DNA of 62,325 nucleotides from Sedimenticola sp. (GTDB lineage Bacteria > Pseudomonadota > Gammaproteobacteria > Chromatiales > Chromatiaceae). Shown piece by piece: positions 8,575 through 18,557 of this stretch. Position 1 is the stretch's first letter, and each line of letters starts with the position of its first letter. Under the pieces are notes generated by a model. The model had not been told where the DNA came from and searched no databases. It saw nothing but the letters and a program-made list of their open reading frames with translations. Location of the stretch: positions 1 to 62,325 of the forward strand of contig JALVEB010000188.1 in NCBI GenBank assembly GCA_027008705.1, in the 5' to 3' direction. Both the position numbers and the translations under genes were made by a program.

Positions 8575-11433
8575 GTGGCGGACGACGAGTATGGACCACG
8601 GGGCGGTATCGTGAGCGACGCGATCGCCGCGGGGCCGGCTCGGATCCGACGGCGGTTTGGTCCTCCGCTGATGCTGGCGGAGGGGATCGGCTGCGGGCTG
8701 CTGCCGTCCGCCGGGCGCCCGGGAGCGGATTTGGCGGTGGCGGGATTGTGCTTGTTGGCATTGGCGGGCCTGATGGGCTTGTTTCCGCTGGATCGGCGCG
8801 CCGCCCGGGTCGCCGCGATGCTGGCCGCCTGCGGTGGTTTATTGCTCGGCCTCGCCTGGGCCTTGCGCGCCGGCGAGTTAGCGTTGGCGCCCTCGCTGCT
8901 TTCCGTGTGGTGGTTGCCGTGGCTCGCCTTGCTGTTCGCCGGCGCGATCGTCCCGATATTGTTTGCGATGGCTTTCCCCGCGCGTCTGCCCGGCTTGCCG
9001 CTGGCCTTTCTCATCGGTCAGCTTGGTGGCGCCCTGTGGCTGTGGGAACCTCGACATCTGCTCGAGGATGCGGTGTTGCGTTCTCTCATGGGGTGGGTCG
9101 CCGCCGCCCATGTCGTTGCGCTGCTGGTGGCCTGGTTGGCGCGGCGCTGGTTGGTCGCGCTCGAACGTGGCCTGAGCACGTGCCGCTCGCTCGAGGCCGA
9201 TCTCGCGCAGACCCGCGCGGAACTCGTCGAAACCCGGGAGGCCCGGGAGTCGGTCTCGAATGAATTGGCGGTGACCCGAAATCAGGCCGAGGTCGCGGAT
9301 GTCGCGAAGACCGAGTTCCTGGCGACGATCAGCCACGAGATTCGGACCCCGTTGAACGGCATCCTGCCAATCCTCGAGATGCTGCGTGAAACCGAGTTGA
9401 CCAAGGAGCAGCGGCAGCATGTCGATACCGCGCTGAGTTCGTCCCGCCATCTGCTGCGGATCATCAACGACATCCTCGATTATTCCAAGATCGAAGCGGG
9501 TAAGCTGGAGCTGGAATCCATCAACCTGAATCTGCGTGAAGTGGTGCGGGCGGTGACCACCTTGTTGTCGAAGAGCGCCGAGCGGAAAGGGCTGCGAATC
9601 ACCACGATCGTTCACGACGATGTCCCGATGTTCGTCTCCGGAGACCCGATCCGCCTGCGTCAGATCCTCATCAACCTGGTCGGCAACGCGATCAAGTTCA
9701 CGGAACATGGCGGGGTCAGTGTCGAGGTCATCAACCAGCGTTCGGGGCGTCGTATCGTCGACCTGCTGTTCATCGTGCGGGACACCGGTATCGGCATGAG
9801 CGCCAAGACCGCGGCGAAGCTGTTCCAATCCTTCTCCCAGGCCGACGCCTCCACCACGCGCAAGCACGGTGGTTCCGGTCTGGGCCTGGCGATCTGCAAG
9901 CGTCTGGTCGAACTGATGGGTGGCACCATTGGGGTGCGATCGCAGCAAGGGGTCGGCTCGTTGTTCTGGTTTCAGGTGCCTTTTCGGCGCACCCTGGAAG
10001 TCAACGAGGATCGCGCTGACTTGAGCAATGCCCGGGTCTTGGTATTGTCCGGCGATGAGGCGCGCCAGAAATGGCTCGACGATCTGCTCGGACGCTGGGG
10101 CGTCATGAAGGCCATGGCCGCCACCATGGAGGAAGCCGTGAGCAAGATCGCCTCGTCGGCGCGGCTGGGATTCTCCTGGAGTTATGAGGCCGTCATCATC
10201 GATGCCGCCGGTCGGTATGAAGCCATCCCCGGCTTCGTCGAACGGCTCCACAGGCTCACCGAGATGGATGATGTGAAGGTCCTGATACTGGGGGACCGCG
10301 CGCGCGTCGATCTGCCGGAAGAGTCGGAAAGCTATGTCGAGATCATCTCGGAGAAATGTAGCGAGAACGAAGTCCGTCTCGCCTTGAACCACCTGCTCGG
10401 CATTGGTGAAGCCACGCCCAAGCAGACCTGGTGGCACGATGATCAGCCGGAGGGGGCGCTGCTGGCGGATGACGATCGTTCAGAGACCGTGGTCGGCTTG
10501 CTGCCGGATGGGGACGACCACCGGGAGGTGGCGCGCGAGCCCGAGCCGGTCTTCCATGGACGGGTACTGGTGGCCGAGGACAATCCGGTCAATCTCGCGG
10601 TGGTGGTGCGTCTGTTGTCACGGCTGGGGCTTGACGTCGATCAGGCGCTGAACGGCGCCGAAGCGGTCAAGATGATCAGCGCCCGTTCCTACGATCTGGT
10701 CTTCATGGATTGCCAGATGCCGGGGGTCGACGGCTACGAGGCCACGCGCATTGTGCGCGAGCGGGAAGATGAAATCGGGATCATGCAACGGGTGGTGATC
10801 GTCGCGATGACCGCGAACGCGATGCCGGGCGATCGCGAGCGTTGCCTGCAATGCGGGATGGACGACTACCTCTCGAAGCCGATCGATCGCATCGGCCTGC
10901 GCCACCTGCTGGCGAAATGGCTGAAGTCCGATGAAGATTCGCACAGCGGGGGTGCGGAAACCGTTTCGTCTGGAGAAGGAGAAGAGGATGCTCCCCCGGC
11001 GTCCGAACCCCGTGCCGTCGCCTCGCATGAAGTGATGCCGGATCCGGTGGAAACGGACGAGAATCCCCTCGAAACGGAACCCGGGGTGATCGACCGGGAG
11101 GTGCTCTCCGAGCTGCAAGAGATCATGGGCGAGGAATTCACGCGACTGTTGCAGCGATATCTCGACATCGCGCCGGCGCAGCTGAAAAACATCGATGAAG
11201 GCTTGATGCGTGGTGCTCTGGCCGAGGTCGCCAAGGTCGCCCATTCGTTGAAATCCAGTTGCGCCAACGTCGGCGCGATGCGCATGTCGGAGCTGGCGCG
11301 GCGCATCGAACTGGCGGCGAAGGAGAATGAGCAGCTTTCGTGTCTGGAGCTGAATCAGCAGCTCGCGCGCGAGGCCTGGCGCGTGGAAACCGCCTTGAGC
11401 CGACTGCTCGCGGACTGCCTGGAGCGGGAGTAG
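8575..11433 (+). CDS. Hybrid sensor histidine kinase (multi-TM sensor, HisKA, HATPase, receiver-like linker, REC, C-terminal Hpt)
   Basis: H-box SHEIRTPLNG, G2 box GGSGLGLAICKRL, REC DLVFMDCQMPGVDG and Hpt AHSLKSSCANVGA. The N-terminus has about 5-6 hydrophobic helices. The GTG start is uncertain. Confidence 0.85.
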   Translation: MADDEYGPRGGIVSDAIAAGPARIRRRFGPPLMLAEGIGCGLLPSAGRPGADLAVAGLCLLALAGLMGLFPLDRRAARVAAMLAACGGLLLGLAWALRAGELALAPSLLSVWWLPWLALLFAGAIVPILFAMAFPARLPGLPLAFLIGQLGGALWLWEPRHLLEDAVLRSLMGWVAAAHVVALLVAWLARRWLVALERGLSTCRSLEADLAQTRAELVETREARESVSNELAVTRNQAEVADVAKTEFLATISHEIRTPLNGILPILEMLRETELTKEQRQHVDTALSSSRHLLRIINDILDYSKIEAGKLELESINLNLREVVRAVTTLLSKSAERKGLRITTIVHDDVPMFVSGDPIRLRQILINLVGNAIKFTEHGGVSVEVINQRSGRRIVDLLFIVRDTGIGMSAKTAAKLFQSFSQADASTTRKHGGSGLGLAICKRLVELMGGTIGVRSQQGVGSLFWFQVPFRRTLEVNEDRADLSNARVLVLSGDEARQKWLDDLLGRWGVMKAMAATMEEAVSKIASSARLGFSWSYEAVIIDAAGRYEAIPGFVERLHRLTEMDDVKVLILGDRARVDLPEESESYVEIISEKCSENEVRLALNHLLGIGEATPKQTWWHDDQPEGALLADDDRSETVVGLLPDGDDHREVAREPEPVFHGRVLVAEDNPVNLAVVVRLLSRLGLDVDQALNGAEAVKMISARSYDLVFMDCQMPGVDGYEATRIVREREDEIGIMQRVVIVAMTANAMPGDRERCLQCGMDDYLSKPIDRIGLRHLLAKWLKSDEDSHSGGAETVSSGEGEEDAPPASEPRAVASHEVMPDPVETDENPLETEPGVIDREVLSELQEIMGEEFTRLLQRYLDIAPAQLKNIDEGLMRGALAEVAKVAHSLKSSCANVGAMRMSELARRIELAAKENEQLSCLELNQQLAREAWRVETALSRLLADCLERE

Positions 11434-11495
11434 ACTGTGGTGCGACGGTCGGTCCGCTTCGGATCGGTCTGTGTTACCCCGGGAGTCAGTAAAGA

Positions 11496-11927
11496 ATGAA
11501 CCAAGCCCCTTCCGTGCGCGCGGTTTCCCCGAGCGAGGCCTATGGGATCCTGTCACGCAATCCGCGCGCGATCCTTGTCGATGTACGCTCCAGCATGGAA
11601 TTCCTGTTCGTCGGTCACCCGGTCGGCGCGGTGCATGTGCCCTGGATCGACGAACCCGATTGGGAGATCAATCCGAACTTCGTCGCCGATGTGCGCAAGC
11701 TGCTGCTCGGCGGCGTGCGCGGCGGGGCGGCGCCGGGCGATGCCCTGGTGATCCTGATCTGTCGCAGCGGAAAACGTTCGCACGAGGCTGGCAAGCGCCT
11801 GATCGAACAGGGTATCGCCAACGTCTGTCATATCGACGAGGGCTTCGAGGGCGAGTTGAACGAGCACCACCAGCGCAGCAGCCTGGGTGGCTGGCGTTTC
11901 CACGGCTTGCCGTGGGAGCAGTGCTGA
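11496..11927 (+). CDS. Single-domain rhodanese-like sulfurtransferase
   Basis: Active-site loop ICRSGKRSHEAG, 143 aa. Confidence 0.8.
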   Translation: MNQAPSVRAVSPSEAYGILSRNPRAILVDVRSSMEFLFVGHPVGAVHVPWIDEPDWEINPNFVADVRKLLLGGVRGGAAPGDALVILICRSGKRSHEAGKRLIEQGIANVCHIDEGFEGELNEHHQRSSLGGWRFHGLPWEQC

Positions 11928-11942
11928 CGGCGGTGCCTTCGG

Positions 11943-12221
11943 ATGCCCGGCGAACAACAGGGAAAGGCCGCCGGCGGATGGTTCGTCTACCTGCTGCGGT
12001 GCGCCGATGGCAGCTATTACACCGGCATCACCACCGATCTGGAACGCCGCCTGCGTGAGCACAACGGCTCCCCACGCGGCGCGCGTTACACCCGATCCAG
12101 GCGTCCCGTGAGCCTGGTCTACAGCGAACCCTGTGCCGACCGTTCCGCCGCCTGTCGGCGCGAGTGCCAGTTGCGCCGCCTGCCGCGGAGCGCCAAGAAG
12201 GCCTTGCGCGAATCCTCTTGA
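11943..12221 (+). CDS. GIY-YIG domain protein (UPF0213 family)
   Basis: WFVYLLRCADGSYYTGITTDLERRLREHN matches the GIY-YIG signature. Confidence 0.8.
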   Translation: MPGEQQGKAAGGWFVYLLRCADGSYYTGITTDLERRLREHNGSPRGARYTRSRRPVSLVYSEPCADRSAACRRECQLRRLPRSAKKALRESS

Positions 12222-12324
12222 AGTCGCTGATCGTCGTCCCCATTTGATGTCCGGAACCTTCCAGAAACTATAGTTTATGATATGCTAAAATATTCTGATT
12301 CTGAGCTCTTGACGGAAACAAGCC

Positions 12325-12603
12325 ATGCCAATCTACGAATACCGTTGTGAAGAATGTGGCCATGAACTGGAAGCCATGCAGAAGATGGCCGATGCGCCCT
12401 TGACCGAATGCCCGAAGTGCGGCGAGCCGGCCTTGAAAAAGCTGATCTCGGCGGCCGGTTTCCGCCTCAAAGGATCGGGTTGGTACGAGACCGACTTCAA
12501 GACCGGCAAGAAGAAGAACGTCGCCGAGTCCGCTTCCTCATCGACCGAAAGCAAGCCGGCCGCGAAGGGGGGCTGCGGCTCCGGCGGTTGCGGCTGCGCC
12601 TAG
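12325..12603 (+). CDS. FmdB-family zinc-ribbon protein
   Basis: MPIYEYRCEECGHE...CPKCG zinc ribbon with a Gly/Cys-rich tail. Confidence 0.8.
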   Translation: MPIYEYRCEECGHELEAMQKMADAPLTECPKCGEPALKKLISAAGFRLKGSGWYETDFKTGKKKNVAESASSSTESKPAAKGGCGSGGCGCA

Positions 12604-12612
12604 GAGCACGGG

Positions 12613-13740
12613 ATGGCTGATATCACAGTGATCGGCGCCGGTTTCGCCGCGCTGACCGCGGTGCGCGCGTTGCGCGCCGCCGACAAGCAGGCCAAGATCA
12701 CCCTGGTCGCGCCGCAACCGCGCATGATCTACCTGCCGAGCCTGATCTGGATCCCGTCCGGGCTGCGCCAGCCGGACGACTTGGTGGTGCCGCTCGACCG
12801 CTTCTTCCGACGCATGAAGGTGCATTACCACCAGGGGAGCGTCACTGGCTTGAAGGATGGCGGCCGCATCGTCGTCACCGACAACGGCGAGGTGGCCAAC
12901 GACGGCCTGATCATCGCCAGTGGAGGGCGTTTCCTGAAAAAGCTGCCCGGCATCGAGCATGCGATCACCCCATGCGAGGGGATCGAAGCGGCGGTGCGTA
13001 TCCGCGACCGCCTGCGCGAGCTCGATGGCGGCACCATCGCGGTCGGTTTCGCCGGCAACCCGAAAGAACCATCGGCGATGCGTGGCGGGCCGATGTTCGA
13101 GTTTCTGTTCGGCATCGACAACCAATTGCGGCGCGAAGGCCGGCGCGAACGCTTCGAACTGGTGTTTTTCACCCCGGCGGCGAAGCCCGGCGCGCGGCTC
13201 GGCGAAAAGGCGGTCGACGGACTGCTGTCGGAGATGGCCAAGCGCGGCATCTCCACCCACCTGGGCCACAAGATGAAAGGCTTCGGCGATCACAGCGTGA
13301 TCACCGAGGGCGGCGAATTCGACGCCGACCTGATCCTCTTCATGCCGGGCATGACCGGCAACCAGTGGTTTGACCAGACCGATCTGCCGCGCTCCCCGGG
13401 CGGCCTGCTGAAGGCCGACGCCCAGTGCCGTGTCGAGGGCCGGGACAGGGTCTATGTGGCGGGCGACTCCGGCAGCTTTCCCGGCCCGGAATGGATGCCG
13501 AAACAGGCCCATATGGCGGACCTCCAGGCCGAGGCGGCGGCGAAGAACCTGCTCACCGAACTTGCCGGCGGAGAGCCGCGCGAGACCTTCAAGATCGAAC
13601 TGATCTGCATCGTCGACAATCTCAAGGGCGGCATGCTGGTGAAACGTACCGACAAGGGCAGTCTGATGCTGCCGTCGCTGGCGCCGCTGCACTGGGCGAA
13701 GCGCGCCTTCGAGCGCTGGTATCTGCGCCAGTATCGCTGA
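12613..13740 (+). CDS. FAD-dependent pyridine nucleotide-disulfide oxidoreductase, sulfide:quinone-reductase-like
   Basis: N-terminal ITVIGAGFAALTA Rossmann fold and a second GD motif (VYVAGDSG). Its size and layout are like SQR/NDH-2 relatives, but the exact subtype cannot be assigned by eye. Confidence 0.6.
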   Translation: MADITVIGAGFAALTAVRALRAADKQAKITLVAPQPRMIYLPSLIWIPSGLRQPDDLVVPLDRFFRRMKVHYHQGSVTGLKDGGRIVVTDNGEVANDGLIIASGGRFLKKLPGIEHAITPCEGIEAAVRIRDRLRELDGGTIAVGFAGNPKEPSAMRGGPMFEFLFGIDNQLRREGRRERFELVFFTPAAKPGARLGEKAVDGLLSEMAKRGISTHLGHKMKGFGDHSVITEGGEFDADLILFMPGMTGNQWFDQTDLPRSPGGLLKADAQCRVEGRDRVYVAGDSGSFPGPEWMPKQAHMADLQAEAAAKNLLTELAGGEPRETFKIELICIVDNLKGGMLVKRTDKGSLMLPSLAPLHWAKRAFERWYLRQYR

Positions 13741-13829
13741 TTTTCTCTCCGCCGCCGCGGTGGATTACGCCGGGTCCGTCCGTCTGTTATCCTTCGCGGA
13801 TTCCAGAAATCAGGCGAGGAGCCCCACGA

Positions 13830-14123
13830 ATGAGCGATATCCAACTCTCCGGCGAGCTGATGCGAGAGGTGCAGGCGGCGGTACGCAAGCATGCGCCCGA
13901 CGCCGATCTCGGCGAGATCATGCAGTACCTGGCCGCGTTGATCGGCTACATGCTCGGTAGTCATACCGCCGAACTCGAAGCCAAGCGTGATTACATCGAT
14001 CAGCTCGATCGTTTCGCCCGTGAGGTCATGGAAGACACCCACCAACGCATGGAACAGCACCAGCAGCAGGCCCCGGCGGCCGCCGCCGACAACGCCTTCG
14101 GCTATTGGACGCCTCCGAAGTAG
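13830..14123 (+). CDS. Hypothetical 97-aa protein
   Basis: ATG at 13830 preceded by aggcgaggag. No recognisable motif. The upstream part of listed ORF 13425..14123 overlaps the SQR-like gene in another frame. Confidence 0.45.
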   Translation: MSDIQLSGELMREVQAAVRKHAPDADLGEIMQYLAALIGYMLGSHTAELEAKRDYIDQLDRFAREVMEDTHQRMEQHQQQAPAAAADNAFGYWTPPK

Positions 14124-14133
14124 CCGCCCGGCG

Positions 14134-14625
14134 ATGGCCCTCTACGCGGCGGACAAACTGATCGCGCAGGCGCGGGCGCTGGCCGCCGAGTATCGGCGCG
14201 CGATGGGCAAGCCCTTGCCCGGTGTCGGCAGCGAGGTCGCCGAGCACGACGCGCGTCGGCTGTTGAGCCTGGAGCCGGCTCCGGACGACGCCGGCGGCTA
14301 CGATGCGGTCGACCCGGCGCGTGGCGGCAAGCGCATCCAGATCAAGAGCCGGCTGCTTGCCGGCGATGCCCGTTCGAGCCCGCGCATCGGCCGGATTCGG
14401 CTCGAGCAGGCTTGGGACAGTGTCGTGCTGGTGCTGCTCGACGAAGACTACCAGCCGACCGAGATCCTCGAACTGGATCGCGACGAGCTGCTCGAATACA
14501 TCGACCGCAGCAGCTCCCGCCGGGCCCGTCGCGGCGTGCTTTCGGTGGCGCGTTTTCGCGCCATAGGGCGGCTGTTGTGGACGCCTGAGAACGGCCGTGA
14601 AGGCGAACTCTGGGTCAACCAGTGA
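14134..14625 (+). CDS. Hypothetical 163-aa protein with a PD-(D/E)xK-like nuclease motif
   Basis: The spacing E(AEHD)...GYDAVD...RIQIKS resembles the E-D-(E/Q)xK restriction-endonuclease-fold signature. Its stop overlaps the GTG start of the helicase gene (GTGA). Confidence 0.45.
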   Translation: MALYAADKLIAQARALAAEYRRAMGKPLPGVGSEVAEHDARRLLSLEPAPDDAGGYDAVDPARGGKRIQIKSRLLAGDARSSPRIGRIRLEQAWDSVVLVLLDEDYQPTEILELDRDELLEYIDRSSSRRARRGVLSVARFRAIGRLLWTPENGREGELWVNQ

Positions 14626-16574
14626 GCATCGGCATCGACGAAGTGTTCGGCGCCGATGGCCTGCTTTCGCGGCGCATCCCCGGCTACCAATGGCGTGAAC
14701 AGCAGCAACGCATGGCCGAGCGCGTCGCTGAACTGATCGACCGCGGCGGCATCCTCTGCTGCGAGGCCGGCACCGGTACTGGAAAAACCTTCGCCTACCT
14801 CGTGCCGGCGCTGTTGTCCGGCCACAAGACGCTGGTCTCGACCGGCACCAAGAATCTTCAGGATCAGCTCTTCCATCGCGATCTTCCACTGATCCGCGAG
14901 GCCCTCGGCCTGCCGGTCGCGGTCGCGCTGCTGAAGGGGCGGGGCAACTACCTGTGCAAGCAGCGTCTGGCATTGGCCGCGCATGACGAACGCGCGCGCA
15001 AGCCGGAGTGGGCGGCCTGGCTGCAACGCATCCGCGCCTGGGCCAAGGACACCCGCGCCGGCGATATCAACGAACTCGGCGGGGTGCCGGAGGACGCCGG
15101 CATCTGGTCGTTGGTGACGTCGACCACCGAGAACTGCCTTGGTCAGGATTGCCCCGAGTACGACACCTGCCATCTGGTCGAGGCGCGCAAACGCGCGCAG
15201 GAGGCCGACCTGGTAGTGATCAACCATCACCTGTTGTGCGCAGACTTCTCCTTGAAGGACGAAGGCTTCGGTGAGCTGTTGCCGGCCGCCGATTGCTACA
15301 TCATCGACGAGGCGCATCAGCTCCCCGAGGTTGCCAGCAACTTCTTCGGCGAGACCATCAGCTCGCGCCAGATCCTCGAATTGACCCGAGACACCGAGGC
15401 GGCCTATCACCTCGAGGCCGGCGACCTGCCCGGGCTGCTCGAACAGATCGAAGCGGTCGCCAAGGCTTCGCGCGATCTGCGCCTGGCGTTCGGGCTTTCG
15501 GAACGGCGCGCCGCCTGGAAAGAGCTCGAACAAGAGCCGGCGGTCGGCGGGGCGCTCGACCATCTTGCCACCCAGATCGACCTGCTCGGCGGCATGCTCG
15601 ACGCCATCCAGGGGCGCGGCAAGGGGCTGGACAACTGCCTCGAACGTTGTCGCAAGCTGGTCGCCGGTCTGAGCGCGCTCTCCGCCGAGCCCAGTGGTGA
15701 GGATATCCGCTGGTTCGAGACCACGACCCTGGGTTATCGCCTGAACTCGACACCGCTGGATATTGCTGAGGTGTTCCGCGAACAGCTCGGTCGTGGCGGC
15801 GCCGCCTGGGTGTTCACCTCGGCAACGCTGGCGGTCGGCGAAAGCTTCGAGCACTTCATGGCGCGGCTCGGGATCCGCGACGCCGAGACCGCGAAGTGGG
15901 ATTCTCCGTTCGATTATCCCAGGCAGGCGCTGTGGTTCGTGCCGCGCGGCATGCCGCAGCCGCGTGACCCGCTGTTCAACCGAAAGGTCGCGGAGCTCGC
16001 GATCGAACTGATCGAAGCCAGCGACGGGCGTGCCTTTCTGCTCTATACCAGCCACCGCGCGCTGCGCGAGGCGGCGGCCTTTCTCGATGGCCGCGTCGAT
16101 CACCCGCTGCTGGTACAGGGCAGCCTGCCGAAGGCCGAGTTGCTCGAGCGCTTCCGCGAGCAGGGCAATGCCGTGCTGCTCGGCACGGCCAGCTTCTGGG
16201 AAGGGGTCGATGTGCGCGGTGACGCGCTGTCACTGGTGATCATCGACAAGCTGCCTTTCGCATCTCCCGGCGATCCGGTCATACAGGCGCGCCTCGACGC
16301 GATGCGCAAGGCCGGCGGCAACCCCTTCATGCAGTACCAGGTGCCGCAGGCGGTGATTGCGTTGAAACAGGGCGCCGGGCGGTTGATCCGCGATGTCAAC
16401 GACCGCGGCCTGTTGGTGGTCTGTGATCCGCGCCTGCTTGGGCGCCCTTACGGCCATGTGTTTCTCAACAGCATGCCGGACATGGCGCGTACCCGGGATC
16501 CAGCCGAGGCGATCCGCTTCCTTGCCTCTTTGCGACACGAACAAGAGAGCGACGATGAAGCTGCTGGCGCTTGA
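14622..16574 (+). CDS. DinG/YoaA-family ATP-dependent DNA helicase (Fe-S, XPD-like)
   Basis: Walker [15 protein letters not shown] box IIDEAHQL and a Cys cluster [15 protein letters not shown]. No N-terminal exonuclease domain. Confidence 0.85.
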   Translation: MSIGIDEVFGADGLLSRRIPGYQWREQQQRMAERVAELIDRGGILCCEAGTGTGKTFAYLVPALLSGHKTLVSTGTKNLQDQLFHRDLPLIREALGLPVAVALLKGRGNYLCKQRLALAAHDERARKPEWAAWLQRIRAWAKDTRAGDINELGGVPEDAGIWSLVTSTTENCLGQDCPEYDTCHLVEARKRAQEADLVVINHHLLCADFSLKDEGFGELLPAADCYIIDEAHQLPEVASNFFGETISSRQILELTRDTEAAYHLEAGDLPGLLEQIEAVAKASRDLRLAFGLSERRAAWKELEQEPAVGGALDHLATQIDLLGGMLDAIQGRGKGLDNCLERCRKLVAGLSALSAEPSGEDIRWFETTTLGYRLNSTPLDIAEVFREQLGRGGAAWVFTSATLAVGESFEHFMARLGIRDAETAKWDSPFDYPRQALWFVPRGMPQPRDPLFNRKVAELAIELIEASDGRAFLLYTSHRALREAAAFLDGRVDHPLLVQGSLPKAELLERFREQGNAVLLGTASFWEGVDVRGDALSLVIIDKLPFASPGDPVIQARLDAMRKAGGNPFMQYQVPQAVIALKQGAGRLIRDVNDRGLLVVCDPRLLGRPYGHVFLNSMPDMARTRDPAEAIRFLASLRHEQESDDEAAGA

Positions 16575-17247
16575 TACCACTGAGAAAGCCTGTTCCGCGG
16601 CCTTGCTGATCGACGGCGAGACACGCCAACGGCTGCGGCTCGAGCCTCGCGCTCACGCCCGCCTGATCCTGCCGATGATCGACGAGCTGATGGCCGAGGC
16701 CGGTCTTGCGCCGGGCGCGCTCGATCTGCTCGCCTTCGCGCGCGGCCCCGGCTCGTTCACCGGGCTGCGCATCGCCGCCGGCGTCGCCCAGGGCATCGCT
16801 TTCGGCGCCGATCTGCCCGTGATGCCGGTCTCCAGTCTGCGTGGCCTGGCCCAGGGCGTGTGGCGTGAGCACGGTGCCGAGCGGGTGCTCGCGGCCTTCG
16901 ACGCACGCATGAACGAGGTCTATGACGGGGCCTTCGCGCTGCTTCCTACAACGGAGCAAGAACAGGTGATGCAGGCATTGGAGCCGGAGCGGGTCAGCGC
17001 GCCGGCGGCGCTCGACGCCACGGTCTTTGCCGGCCGGCATTGGGTCGGTGCCGGCTCCGGCTGGGCGGCTTGTCCGGGATTGGGTGAACGCCTGAAGCCG
17101 TGCGCATCGTTTCCAGATTCCTTCAGCCAGGCGCGTGACATCGGCGCCTGCGCCCTGGCCGACCATTTTGCGGGCATCGAACCCGTGCCTGCCGAACAGG
17201 CGCTTCCAGTCTACCTGCGCGATCGGGTCGCCATGCCGAAAGTGTGA
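16555..17247 (+). CDS. tsaB: tRNA t6A biosynthesis protein TsaB (YeaZ)
   Basis: [18 protein letters not shown]...GPGSFTGLRIAAGVAQG. Overlaps the helicase 3' end by 20 nt. Confidence 0.85.
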   Translation: MKLLALDTTEKACSAALLIDGETRQRLRLEPRAHARLILPMIDELMAEAGLAPGALDLLAFARGPGSFTGLRIAAGVAQGIAFGADLPVMPVSSLRGLAQGVWREHGAERVLAAFDARMNEVYDGAFALLPTTEQEQVMQALEPERVSAPAALDATVFAGRHWVGAGSGWAACPGLGERLKPCASFPDSFSQARDIGACALADHFAGIEPVPAEQALPVYLRDRVAMPKV

Positions 17248-17444
17248 TCCAGTTCCGTATTGTTTCGTTCCCATGCTGGACCTGTTCCCGGTCTCGGGAT
17301 AGTATCTGTCACGAAAAGTAAAAAAAGTTTACATGACGAAGGGAAGTCATTTTCTTGCCGGGTCTGGCGTCGATTCTGTGTCACGCGGGCCGGGACAGGG
17401 GGCACGGAGGCGCTTCTATTTCGATATGACCAGGGGCTTGAGCC

Positions 17445-18473
17445 ATGACGAAAGATCAATTGGCGCGCGCGGCGCAACAGATTGCGGATCTCCTCGAGAA
17501 CTGCGGATTGAAGGATGCCCTGAAACAGGCGTTGCTGCGCAAGAATCAGGGGGGAACGGCGGGGGATGCCTCGCCCAGTGTGATCGACGCCTATCAGAGC
17601 TTCTCCGCGCTGTCCCGGCGTTTCGACGTTGCGGAACGGCGCGTGCTGAAGGCGCTGAAACTCGGTTTTCTGCAACACACAGAGTTCTGGGTACGATTCT
17701 TGCAAAACAAGCTCGAACCCGAGATGATCCGCAACGCGCTGGAGCGGGTCTATCTGGCGCAGAAGTACCTGCCCGGATGGGTGGATCTGGTGAAGAACGA
17801 GATCGAGCTGGAGCTGGAAAAGCCGGTTCCCGAACGCAATGCGGCTTTGGTCGACCAGGAGATGCTGACGGTGCTCACCCGGCAGGAACGAGACATGCCC
17901 CCGTCGGTACGTGAGGTACAAGGCGTGATGACCTCGGTCGATGTCTTCCATGATGCCTGCTCGCTGCTGACGGGGAAAAGCGGTGCGTTGACCTTCCTCG
18001 GCAGTGAGATCTGTTTCGGCATGCGCATGCAATTCGTCGGTCCGGCGGAGACGATCCGGCTGATCAAGGAATCGATCCTGTCGATCTGGGACCGACGTCA
18101 GGTGATGTTGAACAACCCGGAAGGGTTCTGCGCGAGCGATCGCATCGACGATATTCCGGCGTTCGCCCTGCTGCGGGAGAGGATCGACAATGGCGAGATC
18201 GATGGCGTGCTTGGCGGGCAGATCCACACCATGCTGTGCGAGGCGTTCGAGCTGTTTCTCGGCGCCGGGGCGAGCATCCCCGAGCTCGAGCGCGCGGTCG
18301 AGGAGGATTCGGACCTGCTGATCGATTCCAGCCTGGCTTCGGAACAGACGCCGCACCGGCCCAAGGTGGTGGCGATCCGGAGTGCCCCGGCTCGCTCCCG
18401 GGATGCGAGCTTCGACGCCTGGGAAAACGAACGGGAGCAGTTGCTGAAGCTGGTTGACGAGCGCGGTATCTGA
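17445..18473 (+). CDS. Hypothetical 342-aa protein (orphan, no recognisable domain)
   Basis: Long ORF with protein-like composition and no obvious TM segment or signal peptide. Has its own AT-richer upstream region and its own terminator. Confidence 0.55.
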   Translation: MTKDQLARAAQQIADLLENCGLKDALKQALLRKNQGGTAGDASPSVIDAYQSFSALSRRFDVAERRVLKALKLGFLQHTEFWVRFLQNKLEPEMIRNALERVYLAQKYLPGWVDLVKNEIELELEKPVPERNAALVDQEMLTVLTRQERDMPPSVREVQGVMTSVDVFHDACSLLTGKSGALTFLGSEICFGMRMQFVGPAETIRLIKESILSIWDRRQVMLNNPEGFCASDRIDDIPAFALLRERIDNGEIDGVLGGQIHTMLCEAFELFLGAGASIPELERAVEEDSDLLIDSSLASEQTPHRPKVVAIRSAPARSRDASFDAWENEREQLLKLVDERGI

Positions 18474-18507
18474 CTGCGAAGTCGATGCGGCGGCAGAAAG
18501 ACCGCCG

Positions 18508-18539
18508 CCCCGCCCGGGGTGTTTCCGGGCGGGGTTTTT
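18508..18539 (+). terminator. Rho-independent terminator of the 342-aa gene
   Basis: ccccgcccgg / ccgggcgggg 10-bp stem followed by ttttt. Confidence 0.75.
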
Positions 18540-18557
18540 CGCTGGCATTCGGGGTGG

